DNA from: Limnochordia bacterium | Lineage (GTDB): Bacteria; Bacillota; Limnochordia; DTU080 | Direction of reading: 5' to 3' | Assembly (NCBI GenBank): GCA_050951545.1 | Contig: JBMNJG010000007.1 | Span: 128,001 to 192,000 of the forward strand | Length of the DNA: 64,000 nucleotides | Shown: piece after piece, positions 49,821 to 59,438 of the stretch | How the letters are laid out: each line of letters starts with the position of its first letter | Numbering within the stretch: the first letter of the stretch is position 1 | Notes under the pieces: model-generated | What the model saw: the letters and a program-made list of their open reading frames with translations, nothing else | Databases searched by the model: none | Told to the model about the DNA's origin: nothing | Translations under genes and position numbers: made by a program

Positions 49821-50663
49821 ATGGGCGTAAAGATTCGTGTTGACTCGCTGAGCTTCTTGTATGGTACGCAGAGTGTCTTTTCCAATGTCTCTTTGGCAGT
49901 TGAGCCAGGTTCTTTCACGGGGGTAGTAGGACCGAACGGGGCTGGCAAGACGACTCTTCTGAAGTGCTTGGCTGGTCTCCTACGTCCGTCAAGTGGTCGA
50001 GTCAGGTTGGGCGATGATGAGGTCTCATCGCTGTCGAGGGAGGCTATGGCCAGAATTGTGGCAGTGGTGCCTCAGGACAACCAAGTCCGGTTCGATTTCA
50101 CGGTTGAGGAGTTCGTCATGCTTGGACGGCTTCCGCATCATCAGAGGGTGACACGTGAGACGAGGCATGATCGAGAGGTGGTAGCCAGGGCCATCACTTT
50201 GACTGGTATGGAAGCCTTCGCCTGCCGGTCTGTAGTAGCCCTGAGCGGAGGAGAAAGACAGCGCGCGGCTATATCGCGCGCCTTGGCCCAGGAGCCGAAA
50301 GTGTTGCTGTTGGACGAACCCACGTCGCACTTGGATATTGGGCATCAAGTGGACGTTCTGGATCTTGTTCACGGAATGTGCGCAGACCAGGGCGTGACAG
50401 TGGTTGGGGTCTTTCACGACCTCAATCTGGCGTCGATGTACTGTGACCAGATCATAATGATGGCGGATGGTACAGCCCGGCTGCATGGGACACCCCGAAA
50501 GGTGCTCACTCAACGTAATGTCGAGGCTATTTACGGTGATCGAGTGGTCGTAGACCAGCATCCGGTCTGTGGCGTCCCGCTCGTGGTGCCTGTGTCGGGC
50601 GGCGCCGCGAACCGGAGTGCATTGAGACAAGAGAATAGTGAAAGGGAGGATATGAATGCGTAA
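49821..50663 (+). CDS. Cobalamin/Fe-siderophore ABC ATPase (BtuD-like)
   Basis: GPNGAGKTT, LSGGERQR, LLLDEPTSHLD and HDLNLA motifs. Confidence 0.92.
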   Translation: MGVKIRVDSLSFLYGTQSVFSNVSLAVEPGSFTGVVGPNGAGKTTLLKCLAGLLRPSSGRVRLGDDEVSSLSREAMARIVAVVPQDNQVRFDFTVEEFVMLGRLPHHQRVTRETRHDREVVARAITLTGMEAFACRSVVALSGGERQRAAISRALAQEPKVLLLDEPTSHLDIGHQVDVLDLVHGMCADQGVTVVGVFHDLNLASMYCDQIIMMADGTARLHGTPRKVLTQRNVEAIYGDRVVVDQHPVCGVPLVVPVSGGAANRSALRQENSEREDMNA

Positions 50664-51576
50664 ACGACATGCTCTGTTGGTTCTTTCTGTTCTAGTCTTG
50701 TTGTCTCTAGTGGAAAGTGTAGGCCATGCAGCTGGCCAGTACCCCATCACCGTTTCTGATGACATGGGGCGCAAGGTGACGTTTGCCACTCGACCCGAGC
50801 GCTTGGTGTCCTTGGCACCGAGTTGGACTGAGATCCTGTTTGCTTTAGGTGTGGAAGATCGACTGGTTGGGGTAACCACGTTCTGTGACTATCCTGCGGC
50901 TGCTACAAGAAAGCAAAAGGTGGGTGGCTTTTCCGATCCTAACATCGAGCTTATCGTCGCCCTCAAGGCCGACGTGGTCTTTGGCACGACGATGCACCAC
51001 AAAATCGTCCCGGAGTTGGAGCGTAGGGGAATCAGATTCGTTTGCCAGAATGCGGCTTCCGTCGAAAACGTGATGGGGAATATCAGAGTGGCTGGAATGG
51101 TAGCTGGAGTCCCGGAAAAGGCCAAAGAGGTCAATCGAAGCATTGAGAAGGCCGTCACAGAGGTGCGAAATACCTGGGCCTCATCGTCGTTACCCCAGGC
51201 CGGGAAGCGAAAAGTGCTTTACTTGGTGTGGGACGAACCTGTTATGAGCGTTGGTCCGAAGACCTTGATCAGTGACATGCTGTCTATTGCTGGGGGAATC
51301 AGTATCACGAAAGATGCCACCACCGACTATCCCTCCTACAGTCTCGAGGCGATTCTGGCTGCCAATCCGGATGCGGTGCTGGCTCCCAAGATTCACGGGG
51401 GTGGTGGGCTCGATCCTCAGGCCCTCAAGGCCCAGCCAGGTTGGAGGGCTCTGAATGCCGTCAGGCAGGGCAATGTGCGGCTTGTGGACGACAACCTCGT
51501 TTCTCGACCAGGACCTCGGGTAGGCGAAGGAGTTCTTGAGATGGCCAAAGCGATCTACCCTGAGCTATTCAAGTAG
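50656..51576 (+). CDS. btuF: Cobalamin-binding protein (BtuF-like)
   Basis: Signal peptide; YP.TV.DD.GR.V, PERLVSLAPS.TEILFALG and SRPGPR motifs. Confidence 0.88.
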   Translation: MRKRHALLVLSVLVLLSLVESVGHAAGQYPITVSDDMGRKVTFATRPERLVSLAPSWTEILFALGVEDRLVGVTTFCDYPAAATRKQKVGGFSDPNIELIVALKADVVFGTTMHHKIVPELERRGIRFVCQNAASVENVMGNIRVAGMVAGVPEKAKEVNRSIEKAVTEVRNTWASSSLPQAGKRKVLYLVWDEPVMSVGPKTLISDMLSIAGGISITKDATTDYPSYSLEAILAANPDAVLAPKIHGGGGLDPQALKAQPGWRALNAVRQGNVRLVDDNLVSRPGPRVGEGVLEMAKAIYPELFK

Positions 51577-51590
51577 AGGGTGATAGCAGA

Positions 51591-52604
51591 GTGCGGGATA
51601 GGTTGAGCATGCTCCTGTGTGGTGGCCTCATAGTGGCGCTGGCAGCTACGGTGCTCCTGTCGTTAGGTACTGGGGCGGTGAAAATATCAGCGAGAGAGAT
51701 TCTGGGCGTGTTATGGAACCAGTCCCAGAGCTCGGAGATATCCGCAGAGATCATCCTGCGCATCCGGCTGCCCCGGATTGTGCTCGCAGCATTGGTCGGT
51801 TGTGCTCTGGCGTTGTCGGGGACCGTATACCAGGGCCTGTTTCGGAATCCTATGGCAGACCCGTATGTGATTGGAGCATCGGCCGGTGCTTCTTTGGGGG
51901 CTACCGTGGCCATGGTCCTTCCTGCAGGCTCTCACTTGTTGGGGCTGAGTACGATTCCGCTCTTTGCTTTTGCGGGTTCGCTGGCTACTGTACTCCTGGT
52001 CTTTAACCTGGCACGTACAGCCCAGCGAACCCCTGTTATCAACCTCATCTTGGCAGGAGTGGCTGTGAGCTCAGTGCTGTCGGCTGTGGTCTCACTGCTT
52101 ATGTTCCTGATGCCCCAGGAGGGCCTGCACGGTCTTGTCTTCTGGTTGATGGGTGGCTTCTCGGGCCGCAGCTGGAACCATGTGGTGGCCATTGCTCCTC
52201 ACTGTGCAGTGGGATTGGTGGTAGTTGTGGCTCATGCGAGGCAGCTCAATGCGTTTCTGCTTGGTGAGGAAGAGGCTATGAGTCTGGGTGTAGATGTGCA
52301 AAAAACCACAAGGCGGCTCGTGGCGGCAGCATCCTTGCTCACGGCTGCTTCAGTGGCTGCGGGCGGGATTATCGCCTTTGCGGGCTTGGTAGTGCCTCAC
52401 CTGGTGAGGCTGATCGTGGGTCCCGATCACCGACGCCTTATCCCCAACGCTTGTCTGTTGGGGGCGGTCTTCATGCTTCTTGCCGATACCTTGGCTCGCT
52501 CTGTGATTCCGCCCAGGGAGTTGCCGGTGGGCATCATCACTTCGCTTACGGGAGGTCCGTTTTTCATCCACTTGCTTCGCAGACACAGGCCCAGGGAATG
52601 GTGA
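51591..52604 (+). CDS. btuC: FecCD/BtuC family permease
   Basis: IRLPR, QGLFRNPMADP, LGEEEA.SLG, F.GLVVPH and ELPVG motifs. Confidence 0.9.
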   Translation: MRDRLSMLLCGGLIVALAATVLLSLGTGAVKISAREILGVLWNQSQSSEISAEIILRIRLPRIVLAALVGCALALSGTVYQGLFRNPMADPYVIGASAGASLGATVAMVLPAGSHLLGLSTIPLFAFAGSLATVLLVFNLARTAQRTPVINLILAGVAVSSVLSAVVSLLMFLMPQEGLHGLVFWLMGGFSGRSWNHVVAIAPHCAVGLVVVVAHARQLNAFLLGEEEAMSLGVDVQKTTRRLVAAASLLTAASVAAGGIIAFAGLVVPHLVRLIVGPDHRRLIPNACLLGAVFMLLADTLARSVIPPRELPVGIITSLTGGPFFIHLLRRHRPREW

Positions 52605-53668
52605 TGGGGGGCGTGCATGTGCACGGGGGAAACGTATACAGTGCGGCGCGTCAACACGGAGTACCCCTAGATCAACTGGTCGATTTCAGTGCCAATATCA
52701 ATCCCTTAGGGCCATCACCTCAGGCCTTGGAGGCGATTAAAGACAACCTGGATCTGATCAGGCACTATCCGGATCTCGATAGTACAGAGCTCACTGAAGA
52801 ACTGGCGCGCTATTTACACGTGGAACCTGATCTCATCGTGGTAGGAAATGGAGCCGCGGAGATCATTCAGCTCGTGGCTGAAATGGTCGCACCTCGTCGC
52901 GGCCTTGTCTTCTCACCAACCTTTGCGGAGTATGCTGTCGCCATTGAACGTGTCGGTGGGCAAGTGATCAGGGCGCCTTACGATGTTGCCGAAGAGCATG
53001 TGGCCCATGCCGACATGCTCTTTTTATGCAATCCCAATAACCCCACGGGTCAATTGATGCGAAGAGACGGCGTGCAGGCCATCGTGCGTCGCGCCCAGGC
53101 ACAAGGGACGATGGCCATAGTTGACGAGGCTTTTATCGATTTCGTCGACAAGCCCGAGGTGCACACGATTCGGAGCGACGTGACCGCACATACCAACCTG
53201 ATTGTCATAGGGTCTTTGACCAAGTTTTTTGCCATACCCGGGCTTAGGGTGGGGTATGCTGTCGCACCAGCACATCTGGCGGTGAGGCTGCGCCGGGCGA
53301 AACTGCCATGGAGTGTCAACTGCCTGGCTCAGGTGGCCGCGTTGGCCTCGCTGCGCGATACCCAATACATTGCCGCAACCCGCGCATACGTAGCCAGGGA
53401 GCGAGAGGCCCTTGTAGCAGGTCTTGATAACCTTGCGGGTCCCCATGGTTTTGGGGTGTGGCCGTCGTCTGCGAATTTCGTGTTTATCAGTCTGGCGCGT
53501 ACTGGACCAACAGCCACCGAGGTGCGCAGACGTCTCGCCGCTTGCGGAATACTCGTGCGGGATTGCGGGAACTTCCCATTTCTGGACCATTACTCGTTGC
53601 GTATAGCGGTGAGAACGAGGGCTGAGAATGAGAGGCTCCTCAGAGAGCTTGCGAAAGCGCTATCTTAG
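52604..53668 (+). CDS. cobD: Threonine-phosphate decarboxylase
   Basis: HGGN, DFSANINPLG, GNGAAE, LCNPNNPTG, VDEAF.DF and SLTKFFAIPGLR.GY motifs; in the B12 operon. Confidence 0.88.
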   Translation: MGGVHVHGGNVYSAARQHGVPLDQLVDFSANINPLGPSPQALEAIKDNLDLIRHYPDLDSTELTEELARYLHVEPDLIVVGNGAAEIIQLVAEMVAPRRGLVFSPTFAEYAVAIERVGGQVIRAPYDVAEEHVAHADMLFLCNPNNPTGQLMRRDGVQAIVRRAQAQGTMAIVDEAFIDFVDKPEVHTIRSDVTAHTNLIVIGSLTKFFAIPGLRVGYAVAPAHLAVRLRRAKLPWSVNCLAQVAALASLRDTQYIAATRAYVAREREALVAGLDNLAGPHGFGVWPSSANFVFISLARTGPTATEVRRRLAACGILVRDCGNFPFLDHYSLRIAVRTRAENERLLRELAKALS

Positions 53669-55095
53669 CGTGCCTCAGCCCAGTTGCCTGAAGAGACGAC
53701 GATGAAGTCGTAGGGGCGCTTTCCTCCGGTGGTGCGCACCAACACGTCGCGAAGACGTCCTCGTGGTCTCTTCTCAAGGCTGTGGTAGCAGATTCCGGAG
53801 GCCCATGTTTTCACTGAAGGCAGTTCCTTTTCTAGCTCTGTCCATGCGGGCAACCACATGCGCGGAGTGTCTGTCCAAAGAGGATGATGTAGCGCTATCG
53901 TTGGAGCGAATTCGCTGAATCGCTCGCGCAGCTGGGTGCAGCGAAGACGTCGAAGACCAGAAGGATTCGCCCGAGGGTTGTACACACTGAGGTCATAGGA
54001 ACCCAGGACAAGAATTCGCTCCTCCTCTGCCTCTATCAGATGGGTATCCAGATCGATGATCTGAAAGAGGTCGCGCTCCTGATGCTTGGCAGGGAAGGAG
54101 TTCCCAGTCCAGGAGACTTGGCGACTGGCTATGTCGTAGAAGGCCACAAGCTCGGCGCGCTGTGGGCGCTCGGCTCTGGCGAGACTGATCCCGATGGTGA
54201 GGGCGCGGACCTTGCCCTTGGCCGCTTCTAGTACACGCTCTGTAACCGTTCGAGCCAGGACCTGCTGTGCGGGAATAAGAAGGTCCGCGAAATCTTGATG
54301 TTGTGAACCCCAACTTACTCCACCTGACCAATCAGCAGGGAAAGGGCCACTGACAAAGCCACCAGGTGTTTGTAGGAACATCGCTTGTAGCCCGACGGGC
54401 CATTGAGAGTCTAGCACGTGCAGTAGCATGGCCTCGGCCATCCACGGTTCCACACTGCTTTCACCTTGGATGACCAGCCTGGAAATAGGCACAGATCGCG
54501 GTTTTATCCGCCTAATGGTTACACGTGGCTTCGGTTGCGGCTTCGGTTGACGTCGCTCACGCTGTCGAGCATAAGAACGGGACCGTTCTCCACCCCTGTG
54601 TGAAGTGCGTTCGAGGCCAGCTGGCTCCAGGCAGTCTGCCTGCATGCGATTTTCCGCGAGTCGAAACAGCTGTCTCAGAAAGCGCTCTACATCACCTACG
54701 GTAGACGGGGCATCAATACGTACCAGCGTGTCTCCCATGAGACGCTCAAAACTGCTTCGACGCTCGGTGTTGCGGTTATCTCGCTTCCTGGGCTGGTATC
54801 GCCAGGAAAGAACCGGGCCATCAGGTAATCTGTCGTACTGGTGTACCTGTGCTACTGGGGTGGAGCGGTCTCTTGGATACAGCACACAGTAGTAGTTGCC
54901 GTCGTGATACAGGTCGCCCAGAAGAACGTGAAGGACAGATCCATCACTGCGCTCGACACGATGTACGGAGATCAAGGTTTTTTCTGCTAGCCCTCGAAAG
55001 GAGGATTCGGCTGGACTCAGCTGAAAGGCTGGAGATCTCTGTCGGCGGTACTGCTCCAGGAGCAGCGTGATTCCCACTGCATCGCTTCTGTTCAA
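53665..55095 (-). CDS. Two-domain hypothetical protein with a degenerate carbon-nitrogen-hydrolase-like C-terminal domain
   Basis: 476 aa, TTG start after GAGGTG; basic linker at about aa 160-205; C-terminal FLQTPGGF, WTGNSFP and ILVLGSYDL. Confidence 0.6.
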   Translation of the reverse strand: MNRSDAVGITLLLEQYRRQRSPAFQLSPAESSFRGLAEKTLISVHRVERSDGSVLHVLLGDLYHDGNYYCVLYPRDRSTPVAQVHQYDRLPDGPVLSWRYQPRKRDNRNTERRSSFERLMGDTLVRIDAPSTVGDVERFLRQLFRLAENRMQADCLEPAGLERTSHRGGERSRSYARQRERRQPKPQPKPRVTIRRIKPRSVPISRLVIQGESSVEPWMAEAMLLHVLDSQWPVGLQAMFLQTPGGFVSGPFPADWSGGVSWGSQHQDFADLLIPAQQVLARTVTERVLEAAKGKVRALTIGISLARAERPQRAELVAFYDIASRQVSWTGNSFPAKHQERDLFQIIDLDTHLIEAEEERILVLGSYDLSVYNPRANPSGLRRLRCTQLRERFSEFAPTIALHHPLWTDTPRMWLPAWTELEKELPSVKTWASGICYHSLEKRPRGRLRDVLVRTTGGKRPYDFIVVSSGNWAEAR

Positions 55096-55252
55096 TTGTT
55101 AATTCACCTCTGGCTGTTTTCGGTACTCTAGTCTATCTTCTTCTGGATGGGGGGGCCGAAGTCCTGGATTTCATCAGGGAACCCCTTCATTAAGCCGTTT
55201 CCTGGCGTCCTTGGGTATTATTGGCTGATCACGGGGAGGGTATGATGCGGAT

Positions 55253-57361
55253 ATGACACTGCCTCAAGACTACCTCGAGCGGGTCTACGCTGGCGCCTTG
55301 GGTAAGATCATAGGCGTCTATCTGGGGCGGCCCTTTGAGGGGTGGTCTCATACACGAATAGAGTCCGAACTGGGCTCGGTTAACTACTATGTGCATGAGC
55401 GACTTGGAAAACCGCTGGTAGTTAGCGACGACGACATCTCAGGTACTTTTTCTTTCCTGCGGGCTCTATCCGATTACGGTAATCCCCGTGATATCACTCC
55501 CACACAGATTGGACAGACGTGGCTCAATTACCTCATCGAGAATCGGACAGTCCTGTGGTGGGGTGGGTTGGGCACGTCAACGGAACACACAGCATATCTG
55601 CGTCTGAAAAACGGCATTCCTGCACCTGATAGCGGCTCTATGGCATTGAATGGTCAAGTGGTGGCAGAACAGATCGGTGCCCAGATCTTTATTGACGGCT
55701 GGGGCATGGCTGCGCCGGGCGATCCGGAGCTGGCTGCGCGCTTAGCTGAGTGTGCTGCCAGCGTAAGTCACGACGGTGAAGCAATCTATGGGGCCCAGGT
55801 GGTGGCTGCGCTCGAAGCCATGGCTTTCGTCGAGGATGATCTGCATAAGATGCTTGATGTAGCCGTGAGCCTGATACCGCAAGATTCGGTGATCTATCAG
55901 TTGATCGCTGATATGCGTAGATGGCACAGCGACGAACCCGACTGGCGCGTGACGCGTCAGCAACTGGAGGGCAAATATGGCTATCACCTTTATGGTGGTG
56001 GCTGTCACATCGTGCCTAACCACGCTCTAGTGATGCTGGGCTTGCTGTATGGAGATGGCGACTTTCAGAAGGCACTGATGGTCACCAACACCAGTGGCTG
56101 GGACACTGACTGCAATTCGGGCAATGTGGGCTGCTTCATGGGTATCTGGAAGGGTCTGGCGGGCATTGAAGCAGGTCCTGATTGGCGTACGCCAGTGGCC
56201 GACCGGCTGCTATTGCCTACTGCAGATGGTGGGCGTTGCGTCACCGATGCCGTGATCGAGGCCTACAGCATTGTGAACACTGGTCGGGCCCTTGTTGGAT
56301 TGGCGCCGTTGGCTTCTAAAGCTGGGGCTCGCTTCCATTTCGAGTTGCCCGGGTCTTTGCAGGGCTGGCAGGTGGAGGAGAGTGTTGAGTCTCGAGGCAC
56401 AGCCGTGTTGGAGAACGTGGCCGGGGGCAGTAGACGGGGGCTTCGGAGTCTGGCAGTGCGATACCACCACGTGGCTACTGGCCGGGTGGCCAGGGTGGCT
56501 ACTCCCACATTTCTGGCGCCCGAGTATCTGACAGCTTCGGGCTACGGTGTCGTTGCTTCGCCTACCCTCTATTCGGGCCAGCAGCTGAGCGCTGGCCTGA
56601 GCGCCGACGCAGCCAATGTCGGAAGCATCGTTTGCACGCTCTACATCCGAGTCTACCAGACAGAGCAGCAACTCGGCTTGGTGCGGGGCCAGAGCGTAGA
56701 GCTGCAGCCTGGCACTCAGCGGGAGTTAGACTGGCGTATTCCAGATACGGATGGGTTGCCGATCGGCCAGGTAGGGTTGGAGCTGAGCTCGCCATCAGGA
56801 TCACGAGCAGATGGGAGCATCTATCTGGACTACCTGGGGTGGACTGGCACGCCTGATCTCACATGGAGTGCGAGAGGGGGTCCCATCTCTCTGCGCGCCT
56901 GGACTGACGGCGTTGACCGCTTTGGTCTTGAAGGCCAGGGTTATCGCCTGATTCAGAATCAGGGGATCGGTTTGGCGATACAAGGGGCTCGGCAGTGGGG
57001 TGACTACCGGCTCTCCACGCAGGTGAGGCCACACATGGTGAAGTCAGCGGGCATTGCCGTACGTGTTCAGGGGATGCGTCGTTACTATGCGCTTCTCCTG
57101 TGCGCAGATGGCACGGTGCGTCTCGTGAAGGCGCTAGATGGGTACCATGTCCTTGGCGAGAGCCCTTTTTCGTGGCAGTTCGGGCACTCCTACGAGCTGA
57201 CGATTGAGGTAGCGGGTGCTCATTTGCGGGCAGCAGTAGATGGTGTGTGCCTCTTCTCATTTGCGGATGATCAGAGACCACTGCTTGAGGGTGCTGTGGC
57301 TATGATCTGTGAAGAAGGGCGGACAGCTTTTGGGCCAGTGGAGATCTCTCCACTCAGGTAG
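55253..57361 (+). CDS. ADP-ribosylglycohydrolase family protein with C-terminal beta-sandwich domains
   Basis: GKIIGVYLGRPFEGW, SDDDISGT, SHDGEA and GWDTDCN.GN motifs; 702 aa. Confidence 0.88.
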   Translation: MTLPQDYLERVYAGALGKIIGVYLGRPFEGWSHTRIESELGSVNYYVHERLGKPLVVSDDDISGTFSFLRALSDYGNPRDITPTQIGQTWLNYLIENRTVLWWGGLGTSTEHTAYLRLKNGIPAPDSGSMALNGQVVAEQIGAQIFIDGWGMAAPGDPELAARLAECAASVSHDGEAIYGAQVVAALEAMAFVEDDLHKMLDVAVSLIPQDSVIYQLIADMRRWHSDEPDWRVTRQQLEGKYGYHLYGGGCHIVPNHALVMLGLLYGDGDFQKALMVTNTSGWDTDCNSGNVGCFMGIWKGLAGIEAGPDWRTPVADRLLLPTADGGRCVTDAVIEAYSIVNTGRALVGLAPLASKAGARFHFELPGSLQGWQVEESVESRGTAVLENVAGGSRRGLRSLAVRYHHVATGRVARVATPTFLAPEYLTASGYGVVASPTLYSGQQLSAGLSADAANVGSIVCTLYIRVYQTEQQLGLVRGQSVELQPGTQRELDWRIPDTDGLPIGQVGLELSSPSGSRADGSIYLDYLGWTGTPDLTWSARGGPISLRAWTDGVDRFGLEGQGYRLIQNQGIGLAIQGARQWGDYRLSTQVRPHMVKSAGIAVRVQGMRRYYALLLCADGTVRLVKALDGYHVLGESPFSWQFGHSYELTIEVAGAHLRAAVDGVCLFSFADDQRPLLEGAVAMICEEGRTAFGPVEISPLR

Positions 57362-57387
57362 ACGCAGGTTAGAGTATTTTCGGGCAT

Positions 57388-57421
57388 GACGTCCCAGGCA
57401 TTCGCTTCTACCTGGGACGTC
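57388..57421. terminator. Hairpin between convergent genes
   Basis: Perfect 11-bp inverted repeat GACGTCCCAGG/CCTGGGACGTC. Confidence 0.65.
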
Positions 57422-57438
57422 TCCATAGTTGTGCTTTC

Positions 57439-57675
57439 CTAGGCAAGCGGTGCAGTCTCCTCGGGTCGTATCCAGCAGATGCTAGCGACACGGATGAAGT
57501 GCGTTCCGTCCTCATTGGTGACCGTCACATGGCCAGGCGAGACACTCCGCAACGTGCCGACGACGTTGCCATAGGGTGTGGTGACCTCTACCCGTCGTCC
57601 GATGAAGGCGGGTATGCGGTTGGTGAAGCGCCGTCGTCGTCGGCGATAGGCTTTGATACGGGTCAAGGCGTCCAC
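57439..57675 (-). CDS. Small DUF2642/YuzF-like protein
   Basis: IGRRVEVTT.YG.V.GTL.SV.PGHV and FIR..SICWI motifs; Arg-run N-terminus. The start may be TTG 57666. Confidence 0.65.
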   Translation of the reverse strand: MDALTRIKAYRRRRRRFTNRIPAFIGRRVEVTTPYGNVVGTLRSVSPGHVTVTNEDGTHFIRVASICWIRPEETAPLA

Positions 57676-57904
57676 TTCCTTTGAGAGTCCTTCTACGCTG
57701 CACCATCGTCATGAGCGCCCCGCATTATCATAGTCTGTGGCGGGCAGCCACCCGCAGGGCCGGGCGCCCATGCGCGGCTCCAGTACGCCACCACTGTATG
57801 CAACTCGTGGCGCGCTGGTCTCTAGCAGATAACCGCTTCTCGCTCGGTCGTGTCGCCCTGCCCTTAGTGTCTAGCTCTTTGCTTGTTGGGGATAGGCCTT
57901 TGTG

Positions 57905-58087
57905 CTAGTAGTCGTCATAGTCGCGGCGGTAGCTGCGCCGACGGCATCTGGTGATCATTTCCTGGCGCCAACGGCAGGGAATGCATGAGGTGGGCTTGGG
58001 TCTTCTGCCGGATCTGATGGGACGGCGGTCGCAACAGATGACCACGCACTCGCCTGGACGCACTTTGATGACTCGACGTACGCGCAT
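57905..58087 (-). CDS. Small Arg/Cys-rich hypothetical protein
   Basis: RBS GGAGGGGG before ATG 58087; 60 aa, MRVRRVIKVRPGECVVICC... Confidence 0.5.
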   Translation of the reverse strand: MRVRRVIKVRPGECVVICCDRRPIRSGRRPKPTSCIPCRWRQEMITRCRRRSYRRDYDDY

Positions 58088-58247
58088 ATTACCCCCCCTC
58101 CAATGCAGATTGCTTGGCCAGCCATCACTGAGCGTCCTCGCTAAGAAGGCTTGGCGTCGGATGCTCATGCACGGCCAATCTAGATTACGCTGCACTAGGA
58201 CGGTTGGCACAGGCGTTCGCGACTATTTGCTTCCGTTGGGATAATGC

Positions 58248-58283
58248 AGCGGCACCGCTAGAGTAGCCAGTGCCGCTGTTTTG
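58248..58283. terminator. Hairpin terminator
   Basis: CAGCGGCAC-N14-GTGCCGCTG followed by TTTT. Confidence 0.55.
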
Positions 58284-58293
58284 AGTGTGCCGA

Positions 58294-59271
58294 TCAGAGT
58301 GCATTGGGGTCGAGCCAGACATGGCAGATGCGCTCTCGTCGATGAGTGTAGGTGATGTGCAGTAGGCCGTCTTGCCCGACGATCACAGCTGGGTAGGAGT
58401 ACTCACCAGGCTCGTCCTCCAAGATAATGTGTCGTCCCCAGTTTCTGCCGCGATCCTCGGAGACTCTGATCCATAGCGGGGATCGTCCCGTTTCTGTAGG
58501 GTTATAGACCATGACCAGGCGCCCGTCAGCAAGGGTTACAGCATCGATACCGCTGTCTGGGTTGGGCAATTCCGTGGGGGTAGCCATCGCCCACGTTCGG
58601 CCATCGTCGAAGGAATGACTGCGCCAAATGCGCCCGGTGTTGGTGCGAAAGTACATCTGCAACTCCCCATCAGGCCAGCTCACCAAGGTGGGCTGGATGA
58701 TGTCGGGGTGGTCGTCGGGCGTGGGTACAGGTCCGTGGAAGCTCCACTGGTTCGAGGCGTCATGATAGACGCACAAGACGCTGTTGTCCTCACGGTCGCT
58801 GTAGGCTGGTATGGCTAGCTCTCCCGTACGCAGACGCAGGGGCTTGTTCTTGATGAGAAAGCTCCACTGGTCTTTCAGAAGAAGAGGTGTCGACCAGGTC
58901 CAGCCTCCATCGGTGGATTGGCAGACGTAGGTCATGCAGTCGAGGCACCAGCCGCGTCCGTGCCGATCTTCGCTGCGGATGTAGAAGAGCCAGATGGTCT
59001 CTTCAGTGGCGTCAGGTCCCGGTTCCACAAAGAGAGCCGCGTTGCCGTAGGGGCGGGGCACCGTCATACCAGCAATGGCTCGCATATCTCGCCATTCGTC
59101 GTCTTGGGGGCGCTTGCGGCCAGACAAAACCACCGATTCCGGGTGATTTTCATAGGGTCCACCGAACCAAGCGGAAATGAACTCACCGTTGATACGCTGT
59201 GCAATAGTGGATCCATGACATGAAGGGTAGCCGGGCAGACGTTCATAGAGAAACTCCTTTTTCAAAGCCAA
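58294..59271 (-). CDS. Sialidase-like BNR/Asp-box protein
   Basis: Asp boxes STDGGWTW, SFDDGRTW and SEDRGRNW; CHGSTI, LPNPDSG and EYSYP motifs; no signal peptide. Confidence 0.85.
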   Translation of the reverse strand: MALKKEFLYERLPGYPSCHGSTIAQRINGEFISAWFGGPYENHPESVVLSGRKRPQDDEWRDMRAIAGMTVPRPYGNAALFVEPGPDATEETIWLFYIRSEDRHGRGWCLDCMTYVCQSTDGGWTWSTPLLLKDQWSFLIKNKPLRLRTGELAIPAYSDREDNSVLCVYHDASNQWSFHGPVPTPDDHPDIIQPTLVSWPDGELQMYFRTNTGRIWRSHSFDDGRTWAMATPTELPNPDSGIDAVTLADGRLVMVYNPTETGRSPLWIRVSEDRGRNWGRHIILEDEPGEYSYPAVIVGQDGLLHITYTHRRERICHVWLDPNAL

Positions 59272-59438
59272 GGTCTGTGCACCTCCTGGTGAAGTCTTGG
59301 ATTGCCACCTGTGAAGGTCCTCTCCTTTTCAGGGGCGAATACGGTTTCCCAGCAGGGGCATCGTTCTGTTCATGGCTAGTGTGATCCTGCTTGTTGAGAC
59401 GACGGGTCCTAGACAACGTGAAAGGGAGTGCATACAGC

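Noticed and set aside
50025-50879. Long antisense ORFs (also 23829-24611, 26222-26959, 38-658 and many others in the track)
   Set aside because: Shadow ORFs opposite well-supported genes in GC-rich DNA, with no recognisable motifs.
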